This document shows, one piece after another, positions 19,249-27,805 of a stretch of 64,000 nucleotides of DNA (the first letter of the stretch is position 1; every line of letters starts with the position of its first letter). Location of the stretch: positions 1-64,000 of IMG/VR virus record IMGVR_UViG_3300037755_001279; one strand, given 5' to 3'. The translations under genes and the position numbers were made by a program. The DNA is from a virus. The notes under the pieces are model-generated. The model ran no database searches. It was not told the origin of the DNA and saw only the letters and a program-made list of their open reading frames with translations.

Positions 19249-19908
19249 ATGGCGAAGCACGGTCCCGAGATGCACTACATCCGCCCCGACGGCGTGTACA
19301 TCACGAGCGTGCTGCAGCCGACCGTCGGCGCTGGCTTCAACCCTGTCCCAGATACCATGGCCATCGCCGCACGCTTCGTCGCGCCGACGGGCCTCGCCGG
19401 GCCGATGGGCCAGATCGCGATCCTCGGTCGCCAGGCCCGCCGCAGCCCGACCCGCGCGTTCATGCCGTTCCAGCGTGCCTTCCGCAAGCCCAAGGGTCTC
19501 GGCTCGCCGATCGGTGACCGCTGGCGCATGTTCGTCGCGCGCGTCCGCGCCAATTTCCAGGCCAATCGATTCGTGCAGGACATGCGCTTCATGCCGGCCG
19601 GCCCCGGCGTGGTGACCATGGACACCTCGCCGCGACCGATCAACACCGACCCAACGGCGCTCGCCGTCCAAAGCGGCTGGGCGCCGTCGCCGCAGTCGCC
19701 CGCGTCGGCCTCGAACTACATGCCGGCTCAGGGCGACCCGGGCAACAACGACGCCACCGTCCTTGCGCTCAACCTCGCGCCGAGCGAAGCCGGCAAGCCG
19801 ATCCAGCTGTGGCAGCGCATCATGCAGAGCGGGTTGCCGCCGATCGTCGCCGCGCGTGCCGAAGACGACATCATCACTCGTTGGTTCAAGGCCAAGGCGA
19901 GCTGGTAA
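19249..19908 (+). CDS. Putative virion core precursor
   Basis: LAGPMG, KGLGSP motifs around an Arg-rich segment; in capsid cluster. Confidence 0.7.
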   Translation: MAKHGPEMHYIRPDGVYITSVLQPTVGAGFNPVPDTMAIAARFVAPTGLAGPMGQIAILGRQARRSPTRAFMPFQRAFRKPKGLGSPIGDRWRMFVARVRANFQANRFVQDMRFMPAGPGVVTMDTSPRPINTDPTALAVQSGWAPSPQSPASASNYMPAQGDPGNNDATVLALNLAPSEAGKPIQLWQRIMQSGLPPIVAARAEDDIITRWFKAKASW

Positions 19909-19910
19909 CC

Positions 19911-20099
19911 ATGGCGACGGCAATCACCCTCGGTGACTCACGCCGGCCGCGCCGGCATGGGCTCGGCGCGCCCGGTGACGTCGCCGGCTGCCGCTGCGTG
20001 CGCGGCGGCCGCAACCGCAACCGGCGCGTTCTGCTCTGCCCCGTCTCCAAGTCCAAGAAACATCGCAGCGGCTGGGCCTTCAGCGGCCCGTGCACCTGA
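19911..20099 (+). CDS. Basic Cys-containing micro-protein with GLG motif
   Basis: TLGDSRRPRRHGLGAPG... Confidence 0.65.
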   Translation: MATAITLGDSRRPRRHGLGAPGDVAGCRCVRGGRNRNRRVLLCPVSKSKKHRSGWAFSGPCT

Positions 20100-20154
20100 T
20101 CGCGTACCCGATCCTGTCACCAACCTCACCAAACTACACGGAGTGGAAGATCCC

Positions 20155-20709
20155 ATGAGCAACACCGACCTCGCCGGCAGCCTCGGCGACTACATGCCCC
20201 GGGGCCTGATGGAGTGGGCGCCGGTTCTCGGCGCCGGCACCGCCGCGAGCGGCACCGTGCTCGCGCGCGTGATGGCACCGGCCGGCTCGTGGTTCTCGCG
20301 CAACGCCGAGATGTCCGGCGTGCTGCTGTCGAGCGCCGTCGCCGCCGCGCTGGCCGCGATGCCGGGCACCCGGCCCGCTGCCTTGATGACCTTCCTCGGC
20401 GGCGTCGCCGCCGGCCTGCCCCGTATCCTCGAACGCTACGCGCTCGGCGGCGGCGTGTCGGGCATCGGGTACTACGCGGCTGAGACCGCCAATCCGCTCC
20501 TCGGCATGGTCCGGGCTGACCAGCTCGGCTACGCCACTGCGGGCCGCCAGCCCCACGCCTACGGCACTGTGCCCGGCGTCGCCGGCGGTGCGCTGGCCGG
20601 CCCGATGGCCGACAGCGGCAACGGTCCGCCCGTGAATCTCCTTGGCCATGGCCACGGCGACCACATGTCGATGGCGTCACGGTTCGGCGCCACGCACATG
20701 AGCCGCTGA
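20155..20709 (+). CDS. Gly/Ala-rich membrane protein directly upstream of capsid candidate
   Basis: Hydrophobic helices; LAGSLGDY, VSGIGYY motifs; palindrome at 20098-20113. Confidence 0.7.
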   Translation: MSNTDLAGSLGDYMPRGLMEWAPVLGAGTAASGTVLARVMAPAGSWFSRNAEMSGVLLSSAVAAALAAMPGTRPAALMTFLGGVAAGLPRILERYALGGGVSGIGYYAAETANPLLGMVRADQLGYATAGRQPHAYGTVPGVAGGALAGPMADSGNGPPVNLLGHGHGDHMSMASRFGATHMSR

Positions 20710-20754
20710 TCTTCACTTCCTGCCGCCGGGTCGGCGGCCGTCACGTGACTTCCT

Positions 20755-20801
20755 CTTGCGGGTGAAGAGCCCGCCCAACCTTGCGGGTGAACAGCCCGCC
20801 C
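20755..20801 (+). repeat. Tandem 22-bp direct repeat, each a hairpin
   Basis: CTTGCGGGTGAA[G/C]AGCCCGCCC at 20755-20776 and 20780-20801. Confidence 0.9.
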
Positions 20802-20820
20802 TTTCACAGGAGACACGCAC

Positions 20821-21531
20821 ATGTCCATGGGCACCGTCGGCGTCGCACCCGGCACCACCACGTTCACCCTGCAGGATGGCACCGTCATCGCGCTCGCCGA
20901 CTGGATCGACGATCGCGTCTACGGTGTGGTCCAGCTCTCCAACGGCCAGTCGGGCTCGCTGGAGTGCTTCGGCGCGGGCATCTCGCAGCAGATCCCCGGC
21001 GGCACGCGCACCCTGAACCTCGCCGACACCAACCTCCAGCGCCCCGGCAGCAACGGCCTGCCGCAGGCGTACGAGCTGCTGGTGTTCTCGATCGGCATCG
21101 ACTTCATCCGCGCCTGCCGCCCGCAGACCGGCCAGTCGCAGCCGGTCGCGAGCGACACCTCTGGCGCGCTGTCGGAGCCGCTGCGCAACGATACGTTCTT
21201 CGGCATCAACCGCCTCACGAACGTGCAGTTCAAGTACCGCGAGAAGGTGTACGCCGAGGGCCTGCCGGTGAACTTCCCGAACGGGCGCGGCGCGTGGATC
21301 AACGTGACCACGTCGGACTTCGAGGTCGTGAACAACGGCTTCGTCGACCCGCGGTCGCGCAACTCGATGGTGCTGCCCATCCGGCTGCAGGAAAACCTGA
21401 GCTTCAAGCTCGTGTTCGGCCCGCAGCAGCCGCTGGTCATCAGCCAGGACGCCACCGACGGCGGCGTCGACCTGACCTTCGTGGACGCGCGCGGCGAACT
21501 CAATGGCCTGTACAAGCGCCCTGTGGTCTGA
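20821..21531 (+). CDS. Candidate major capsid protein 1 (single jelly-roll-like)
   Basis: Strong AGGAG RBS, strongly biased codons, beta-rich, DTNL...GLP..YELLVFSIGI motif; fold not verified. Confidence 0.6.
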   Translation: MSMGTVGVAPGTTTFTLQDGTVIALADWIDDRVYGVVQLSNGQSGSLECFGAGISQQIPGGTRTLNLADTNLQRPGSNGLPQAYELLVFSIGIDFIRACRPQTGQSQPVASDTSGALSEPLRNDTFFGINRLTNVQFKYREKVYAEGLPVNFPNGRGAWINVTTSDFEVVNNGFVDPRSRNSMVLPIRLQENLSFKLVFGPQQPLVISQDATDGGVDLTFVDARGELNGLYKRPVV

Positions 21532-21567
21532 ACCACCATCCGGCGCCGTGCCGGACATGTGAAAGAG

Positions 21568-21596
21568 GGGGTCGAGCTGTAAGGCTCGGCCCCTTT
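21568..21596 (+). terminator. Strong hairpin / probable terminator after capsid candidate
   Basis: GGGGTCGAGC-TGTAAG-GCTCGGCCCC-TTT. Confidence 0.65.
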
Positions 21597-21649
21597 GCAT
21601 TTGACAGAACCGCTTGATCGGTCACGCGATCCGGGCCATGATGCCAACC

Positions 21650-22153
21650 ATGGGACGCCTTGCACAGAGCTTCGCCGGGTTGCTGATCCAGGACATGATC
21701 CCCTACAACGTCCCGAGTGAGCAAACCGTCACGACGGGGCAGCAGGGGCAAGCGTTCCCCAACGCAGACCTGCTCAATTCCGAGGGCCACCCTTTCGCCG
21801 TCCATCGGATGATCATCCGCATCCTGGCGCTCGATAGCGAGGGCCTGGTGCTCGCGACCCAGCCCGACATCGAAGTTCGCGAAACGCTGGTCAAGTTTCG
21901 GTTCGTGCTGCAGGGCTTCAATCAACCCGCGACCAAGGCGCCGGTGCGCATCGGCAACTTGCTCGGCGGCACCACGAGCGAGCGCTACTGGCGCTACGAA
22001 GAGCCCTTCGTGCTGCCCAACAGCTACGGCGTCCTCGCCACCATCGACTGCGACGCCTTCCCGGCGACGTTTGCGGCCTCCGGCATCATCACCCTGCGCG
22101 TGACCATCAACCTGCAGGGCTACAATCTGATCGTCGAAAAGCCCAACGGCTGA
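21650..22153 (+). CDS. Candidate capsid protein 2 (single jelly-roll-like)
   Basis: Beta-rich 167 aa, PFAVHRM...EPFVLP...INLQGY; palindrome 21616-21631 and -10 CATGAT upstream. Confidence 0.55.
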   Translation: MGRLAQSFAGLLIQDMIPYNVPSEQTVTTGQQGQAFPNADLLNSEGHPFAVHRMIIRILALDSEGLVLATQPDIEVRETLVKFRFVLQGFNQPATKAPVRIGNLLGGTTSERYWRYEEPFVLPNSYGVLATIDCDAFPATFAASGIITLRVTINLQGYNLIVEKPNG

Positions 22154-22162
22154 TCGTCTTCC

Positions 22163-22480
22163 ATGGCCATCAATACTTCCATGGGCGTCGTCGCGGTGGC
22201 CACACTCCCCGCGAACACCGTCGGTCCGTTCTACGTCGCGCCGGATCAGACGCCGATGCGTGTGCTCGTCCGTAACCTCGGCGGTTCGGTGGTCTTCCTG
22301 ACGTTCACGTCGGCCGGCATCAACGGCCTGAACGTCACGTCCGAGCACTTCGAGCTGCCGGCCGGCCTGTCGGACGCGTTCGTGCTGCAGCCACGGCAAT
22401 CGCTGTTCGCTGTCGCTCCGGGCGCCAACACGCGGCTCTGCTACAGCGCGTCGGTCGCGCTGCCGGTCCAGGGGATCTGA
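22163..22480 (+). CDS. Small beta-sandwich virion protein (penton/minor capsid candidate)
   Basis: VLVRNLGGSVVFL...FELPAG...LFAV pattern. Confidence 0.55.
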   Translation: MAINTSMGVVAVATLPANTVGPFYVAPDQTPMRVLVRNLGGSVVFLTFTSAGINGLNVTSEHFELPAGLSDAFVLQPRQSLFAVAPGANTRLCYSASVALPVQGI

Positions 22481-23487
22481 TGCCCATCGTCACGCGGTTC
22501 AGCATCGATCCAGCTGCGGCACTGCGGCTCGGCCTGCCCTACTTCGACGTGTTTTTCACCGGGTGGGGTTCCGGTACGGACGTGACGGCCACGTCGGACG
22601 GCAGTGGTTTGATCTACCCGTTCGCCGCCGCTGACGTGCGCCTGCCAGCGCCGCGCGGCATCATGATTCACCCCGAGAGCGACTTCGACCGTGTACTCGT
22701 CGAGACGAGCGTGGGTACGGGTATCGGCGCTACGGTGGCCAAGACGACGGCGCTCAACCGGCAGAGTTTCACGGTTTCGGTCGACGCGCCGTTGATCCTG
22801 GCGCCGCCGACGATCCCGACGGCGACCGGTACGCCGCCGGCGCTGCCGACGCCCACCGTGACGCTGCGCGCGCGGCCGGACGCGATCTACCACAACACCT
22901 ACGCCAAGTCAGGGGTGGCAGCGCTGTCAGCATTCGTCGACGCCATCGTGCCGCTGACTGACCCCGAGCGCAGCGCGTTTGGTTTGCCGCGGCTTGCCCT
23001 GCGCTTTTTCCTGCAGACGCCGCCGGACAAGTTGCTGCGCGCGACGCAGACGTTCCCGCGTGCGCTCGACAACCTGGGCGGCACCGGGCAGTTCTGGGAT
23101 CCGATTGCAGTCGACGTAGTGGCGGCGAGCGGCGAGCAGCTGTTCGCGATCGTTCCGATCCACGGCCGGTGCTGCGTGACGCCGATCTTCCGGTCCATTG
23201 ACTGCGCGCCGTCGGTCCGCATCGCCGTCAACGATTTTGGCTCCGGCATTGCGCCGTCAGCAACGCCCACCGAAGGCGGCGGTCAGGTGCAGACGGAGCG
23301 TACGCTCTTCACGAGCGGCGCGCTCACCAGCAACGTACCGGTGCAGGCATCGTACGCGACGGCGGGCGACTGGTTGATGCTCTATTACACGCCGGCCGAC
23401 GGTGACGACGGCTTGCTCATGTGGCAGGTGCGGACGGGCGGTTGTGCGTGCACGGCGCCCGCGACGATCCCGGCACCTGGGGTTTGA
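22480..23487 (+). CDS. Beta-rich putative vertex/turret protein
   Basis: Coupled to previous gene, beta-rich composition. Confidence 0.55.
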   Translation: MPIVTRFSIDPAAALRLGLPYFDVFFTGWGSGTDVTATSDGSGLIYPFAAADVRLPAPRGIMIHPESDFDRVLVETSVGTGIGATVAKTTALNRQSFTVSVDAPLILAPPTIPTATGTPPALPTPTVTLRARPDAIYHNTYAKSGVAALSAFVDAIVPLTDPERSAFGLPRLALRFFLQTPPDKLLRATQTFPRALDNLGGTGQFWDPIAVDVVAASGEQLFAIVPIHGRCCVTPIFRSIDCAPSVRIAVNDFGSGIAPSATPTEGGGQVQTERTLFTSGALTSNVPVQASYATAGDWLMLYYTPADGDDGLLMWQVRTGGCACTAPATIPAPGV

Positions 23488-23508
23488 CCCGGCTCGGCGG
23501 CGTGATTC

Positions 23509-23817
23509 TCACGGCGCGCACACCGTCGGCTCGCCAGGTGCGCTGCACACGCCAGCGCCCGGGGCGCAGCCGATCTGCGTGCACGTCGGCGTGCAAACAA
23601 CCGGGCTCCCCGTCGCGCTGCAGGTACAGCTGCCGCCGGCGCAGTGCGGCGTCACCCGGCGATCGGTGTCTGACCCAGGGCAGCCAAGCGCTGGACAGCT
23701 TGACGCGGCCGCGGCGTCCAGCTGGCCGCCGCCGCCGGTGGCGCCCGGGTCGTCGGTTTGAGTGCACGCGGCGACAGCAACCGCAATCGCAAACGAGAAA
23801 TATCTCATGCCGGTCAT
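23509..23817 (-). CDS. Cys-rich lipoprotein
   Basis: MRYFSFAIAVAVAAC lipobox followed by about ten Cys. Confidence 0.65.
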   Translation of the reverse strand: MTGMRYFSFAIAVAVAACTQTDDPGATGGGGQLDAAAASSCPALGCPGSDTDRRVTPHCAGGSCTCSATGSPVVCTPTCTQIGCAPGAGVCSAPGEPTVCAP

Positions 23818-23852
23818 GGTGCACCGTCGGACGACGCCTGTGGAGAAATTGT

Positions 23853-24176
23853 TCATTCCGGTAGGCGGTCGTGGGCGTACCCTAGCAAATCAAAAAGGAT
23901 ATTGATGGGTTGGCGACAAAGCATGGAATCATGCACGGGCTGCGTCAAGAGAAACGATCGTGACGTCCGGGCGCGTCGCGCGTACCACAGCGCGGCGCCG
24001 GCGTATACGATGGCGCCATTGGGCCACGCGACGTACAGCGGACAGCCGTGAACCGCGTGCCATATAAATTCCGTCGGCACGATGTTGTACGCAGCCAGCG
24101 CTTCGTGCCAGGCGATCAGGTGTGCACCGTCGTCGATGCTTTCTCGTGTGGAAAAAATGTCAGTAGAAAGCGGCAT
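23853..24176 (-). CDS. 'WHEALAA' paralog family protein
   Basis: LIAWHEALAAYNIVPTEFIW. Confidence 0.65.
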   Translation of the reverse strand: MPLSTDIFSTRESIDDGAHLIAWHEALAAYNIVPTEFIWHAVHGCPLYVAWPNGAIVYAGAALWYARRARTSRSFLLTQPVHDSMLCRQPINILFDLLGYAHDRLPE

Positions 24177-24772
24177 CACGGCGTAATTACAGGCGTTTTT
24201 ACCTGTGGACAAAATGTTGGTGGCCACGGATACCTAAGCTGATCTGGGCGTTTCGACCATTGGTCCGGCATCGGCGCTGGCGAAACGCAGCGGCGCATCA
24301 GCCGGTTGCCGTCTTGGATCCAATCGAGCGTGAGCTGTGTGCCCTGGAATGCCGCAGCGCCGAAACCTTCGGGGTACTCGAACCACACCGTGGACGACCG
24401 CCGCCCTACGGGGTGCTTGTCGTGCCGTGTTGGCCGGTCACCGCGGTGTACGTAAACACAGCGAAGGTCCCGTTCGCGCGTACGCAGCTCGTCGGTGCGT
24501 CGAACAGCGACGTAGCCGGTGGTTGTTTCGTCTCGGGTTGAGACGTAGTCAAGGCTGCGGGCGACTGGCAGGCCGTACGCCGCGGCGTGGCGCAACAGCT
24601 TGACGTCGAGCCGGGCCCTGTCCATCCACCATACGAACGTGTTCATCCCGCCGCGAAACGTCAGGTGGACCGTGCTCGGTTGTCGCAGCTCAGCATTCCA
24701 CGTGAAGCGCATGACGTTGGCGTCAATCCCTGTGGCCCAGCGCCACCAATCTTCGACGGATTCGATGATCAC
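24176..24772 (-). CDS. Hypothetical protein
   Basis: ORF track; coupled overlaps both sides. Confidence 0.55.
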   Translation of the reverse strand: MIIESVEDWWRWATGIDANVMRFTWNAELRQPSTVHLTFRGGMNTFVWWMDRARLDVKLLRHAAAYGLPVARSLDYVSTRDETTTGYVAVRRTDELRTRERDLRCVYVHRGDRPTRHDKHPVGRRSSTVWFEYPEGFGAAAFQGTQLTLDWIQDGNRLMRRCVSPAPMPDQWSKRPDQLRYPWPPTFCPQVKTPVITP

Positions 24773-25191
24773 GATTCACCGCCGAGGTCGACCCACCACT
24801 CATCGTTCGGCGCGTTGTACCACGTAGCCCAGATCTTCCACGTGTCTCGGGTCCAAGTCTCGTAGTCCCACCGGTGCCCGAAAAAGCCGAGGGTGCCCTC
24901 GTCGAGGCGAAACAGCATCATGTGAGCACGATGTCCGGTGGCGCGACCGGGGCGTACGCGTGCACCCTGCGCGTCAAATGAAAGTGCAGGCACGCAGGGC
25001 AGACGTAAGGGCGCAGCTGAAGGTTTTCGACCTCACTCACGCGCTTTGCCTTGTAGGCTGCGACGGCGTGGGTGCGCCAGCCGCGCTTGCCAGTCCACGG
25101 GCACGTTATCGCCGGCGTGGTCTGCATGTGCGTATGTGGTCCCATAGCGTGACCCAGACACCGCAGCGTGGGCACTTGAATTGGCGCACCG

Positions 25192-25632
25192 TCATTGAAT
25201 CCGCTCGCCGTTCGGGCGTAGCCGTATGCCGGCGCCGCCAGCGTCACACGGATGGTGTCCGTTGGTGGCGAAGTACCGGTCGCGCTTCCACAGCTTGCCG
25301 TCGACCCAGAAGCCCCAGCGGCGCCGCGGGCGCCCGGTGATCAGCAGCGTCCACGTGCCGGGCCGCTGAACCTCGACGGTGTGTTGGTGGTCCGCGCGCC
25401 GAAACCGAATCGAGCCGAGGCGTAGCCGATCGCGCTCCGCCGGTGACACGTCGACGTACGATCCCCACAAAACCAGCGTCAGAAACCACCAGGCGTGGTC
25501 GTGGAACGCGCGCGCGTCGTCTGATGCCTGCCAACGATGTAGCCGAACGGCGAACGGCCCGCAGTCGATCACCCAGCGGCGCATGTACGGGCAGCCTGGA
25601 AGCCCAAGCCGCTGACCCCAAATCAGCTTCAC
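25192..25632 (-). CDS. Cupin-like phage protein
   Basis: RLHRW..SDD..AFHDHAWWF.TLVLWGSY...HQHTVE...WTLLITG...WGF. Confidence 0.75.
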   Translation of the reverse strand: MKLIWGQRLGLPGCPYMRRWVIDCGPFAVRLHRWQASDDARAFHDHAWWFLTLVLWGSYVDVSPAERDRLRLGSIRFRRADHQHTVEVQRPGTWTLLITGRPRRRWGFWVDGKLWKRDRYFATNGHHPCDAGGAGIRLRPNGERIQ

Positions 25633-26132
25633 GTCGCCGGAGTTTCCGGCGGCGAGATGCTCGCGCTGATGTTCAGCTGGACGCGACGGTCGAGGAAGGC
25701 GCGAACCTCGGCGCGAACGAGGTTTTCGAGGGTTCGGTTGATGACCACACGCGCAGCCTCACTGATGAAGTCGCGCATGGCGCGCCCGTTCAGCCATTCG
25801 GTCGCCGCTTTCTCGGCGTCGATCTTCATCGACGCGCCGATTTGCGCGATGACCGCGGCCTTGTCGAGTCCCCACTCGATCATGAGGTTCCGGATCGCAC
25901 GGTGAACGACGCGTTCGGGGCGCGTGCCGTCGATGACGGCGGCGGTATCGGCGAGAATGCGACCGTCCGCGGCGTCATCCGTGTCGAGGCGTGTCAGCTC
26001 ATCGGCAAGGGCCGTACGCTCGACCGCGTGCAGGCAAGACGGATCGCTGAGTGCCTTGACCAGCGCTGCGCGCCGATCGCGTCGTGCGTGAATTCGGCCG
26101 GCAGCGGTGCGAAAATCGTCGGTGTTGGGCAT
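25629..26132 (-). CDS. Hypothetical helical protein
   Basis: GAGGAAG RBS directly after tRNA-like gene. Confidence 0.6.
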   Translation of the reverse strand: MPNTDDFRTAAGRIHARRDRRAALVKALSDPSCLHAVERTALADELTRLDTDDAADGRILADTAAVIDGTRPERVVHRAIRNLMIEWGLDKAAVIAQIGASMKIDAEKAATEWLNGRAMRDFISEAARVVINRTLENLVRAEVRAFLDRRVQLNISASISPPETPAT

Positions 26133-26143
26133 CTCTTCCTCGG

Positions 26144-26216
26144 TCAGGGGGCGTCGATTCGAACGACGGACCTCACGGGCTGTATTCCCGGCGCTCTTCC
26201 ACTGAGCTACCCCCCG
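26144..26216 (-). tRNA. Non-canonical tRNA-Val(TAC)-like gene
   Basis: CGGGGGG/CCCCCTG acceptor, GCTC-AGTGGAA-GAGC D arm, CGTCG-TTCGAAT-CGACG T arm; anticodon loop AATACAG lacks U33. Confidence 0.75.
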
Positions 26217-26236
26217 TCGGTTTTGGCTGCCCCCGG

Positions 26237-26279
26237 AACCTAAGATCGACTTGTGCGTCTGTCAATTCTCAAACGAGAA
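26237..26279 (-). promoter_or_regulatory. Sigma70-type promoter TTGACA-17-TAGGTT with adjacent TTCTC-N4-GAGAA operator
   Basis: Direct reading; points into the tRNA-like gene. Confidence 0.7.
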
Positions 26280-26339
26280 ACGGCGTCCCTTTTCACGGGG
26301 ACGCCGTCTCACGGCCGCAAACGTGCGAAGCGTGCCGGC

Positions 26340-26435
26340 TTAGCGCCGGCGCCGCCCCACGCGCTTCTTCCGGCACCGGCCCTTGCGGGGGCCGCTCTTG
26401 ACGCGACCCTTGGGGCAGCTCGAACGCTTCGCCAT
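26340..26435 (-). CDS. 31-aa protamine-like peptide MAKRSSCPKGRVKSGPRKGRCRKKRVGRRRR
   Basis: GGAG RBS, hand translation, followed by hairpin at about 26277-26310. Confidence 0.7.
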   Translation of the reverse strand: MAKRSSCPKGRVKSGPRKGRCRKKRVGRRRR

Positions 26436-26542
26436 GTTGCTTTCTCCGTGCGATGGCTCGGGGTTTGCCCGAGCAGGTTGAGCCCGTAGCGTCGCATGGT
26501 TAGACGCCTCGGTCAACCGTGTGCTGTGCTACTGTCGCAGAC

Positions 26543-27457
26543 ATGGCCTTGACGACGCGGCCCGCCGCACAGTGTCAGCTGGTCGCCGACCTTGCCGCGC
26601 AGGCGGCGCCGTTTCGGCTGCCGCTGACGTTCATCCGTACCATCGCAGCGGTAGCACCCGTCGGTGCTGTTGCCGCGGCCGCACGTCTAATCCAGCTCAC
26701 GTATGATCTGCCACCGCCGCCGGTCACAGTGATCCGGGATCTACGCACGGAGGGTGGGGCCATGACGTTGACGACGCCGTGTCCTGGCGAAGCGCGCGAT
26801 ATCGTCGACCGCGTCAAGCTCTTGACGGGCATTGCGCGATGGGGCGCCAAGTCTAGCTTCGGTCAATACGGGTTGATCCCGACGGTGGGGCCGGCCATTG
26901 TCACGGTGCTGTCTAAGCCGATGCCGTCCGCCGGCGGTGGTGAAATGGACGACTGGCGAAACCAAGCGGTCTACGCCGCAGCGCAAGTCGTCTTGGATTC
27001 CAAAGACAGCTCGCTGGACGCGCTAACCTGGCTGCTGCTGTGGCAATGGGCCGTCGGCGGCCCGAACGGCAACGCGTCGCCGCGCACCCGCGTGCTGGCC
27101 ATGAAAGCCATCCAGGCGGTTCTGCGGCGCAAGGCGTTGCTCCCCGGGCAGATCCGGGCGGCGAACAGCCTTGCGGCTGTGCTGCAACAGCTGGTCGTCG
27201 CGCGCGCGCCGCAGGTGTCGGCAGCTGAGCGCGATTGGTTCTTGTCGGAGGCGGATGCTACTGTCGGTGCCGTGGCATCGGCACAATTCGAGGTCGAGTC
27301 GGCAGGGTATTTTCCAGACGTCAACACGCCGGCGCTGCCAGCGGCGGTCATGCCGAGCTGGATTCCGGTGGCGGCGGCTGCCGGCGCTAGTCTAGCCCTC
27401 GTCGGTGGCGCAGTTTTGATTGCGGCGCGGCGGCTGCGCGGCGTGAAAGCATCATGA
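26543..27457 (+). CDS. Putative virion protein with C-terminal TM
   Basis: Tail WIPVAAAAGASLALVGGAVLIAARR; TGCTACTGT -10 7 nt upstream. Confidence 0.65.
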   Translation: MALTTRPAAQCQLVADLAAQAAPFRLPLTFIRTIAAVAPVGAVAAAARLIQLTYDLPPPPVTVIRDLRTEGGAMTLTTPCPGEARDIVDRVKLLTGIARWGAKSSFGQYGLIPTVGPAIVTVLSKPMPSAGGGEMDDWRNQAVYAAAQVVLDSKDSSLDALTWLLLWQWAVGGPNGNASPRTRVLAMKAIQAVLRRKALLPGQIRAANSLAAVLQQLVVARAPQVSAAERDWFLSEADATVGAVASAQFEVESAGYFPDVNTPALPAAVMPSWIPVAAAAGASLALVGGAVLIAARRLRGVKAS

Positions 27458-27792
27458 CTCGGCCGTTCCCAACGACGGTGTACCGCGTGTGGGCGACGTA
27501 CAGTCCCAAGGCCGCGCCGCCTTGCCGTTTTACGGCGATGGCGTCGGTGGCGTACGAGAAACCGGAGCGCGCGGCGGCGGACATGGTCAAGTGCGCTGCT
27601 GCGGCGGCGACGCAGACGACCGCGATGTCACCCCGCGTCCGGCTCGATTTCTTGAAGCGCTTCGGTGAAACGGCCTTCGAGGTGCGCCCGGAACCGGTCG
27701 GGCAGTCCGTCGTCCTTGGCAACGACGACGAATGGACCCCGGCGCCGCAGGCGTGCGGGTGCAAGGGCTCGACCCCGGCCCCGCCGGAGTGA
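27454..27792 (+). CDS. Hypothetical protein
   Basis: ATGA overlap. Confidence 0.55.
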   Translation: MTRPFPTTVYRVWATYSPKAAPPCRFTAMASVAYEKPERAAADMVKCAAAAATQTTAMSPRVRLDFLKRFGETAFEVRPEPVGQSVVLGNDDEWTPAPQACGCKGSTPAPPE

Positions 27793-27805
27793 TATCCTAC
27801 CCGCC

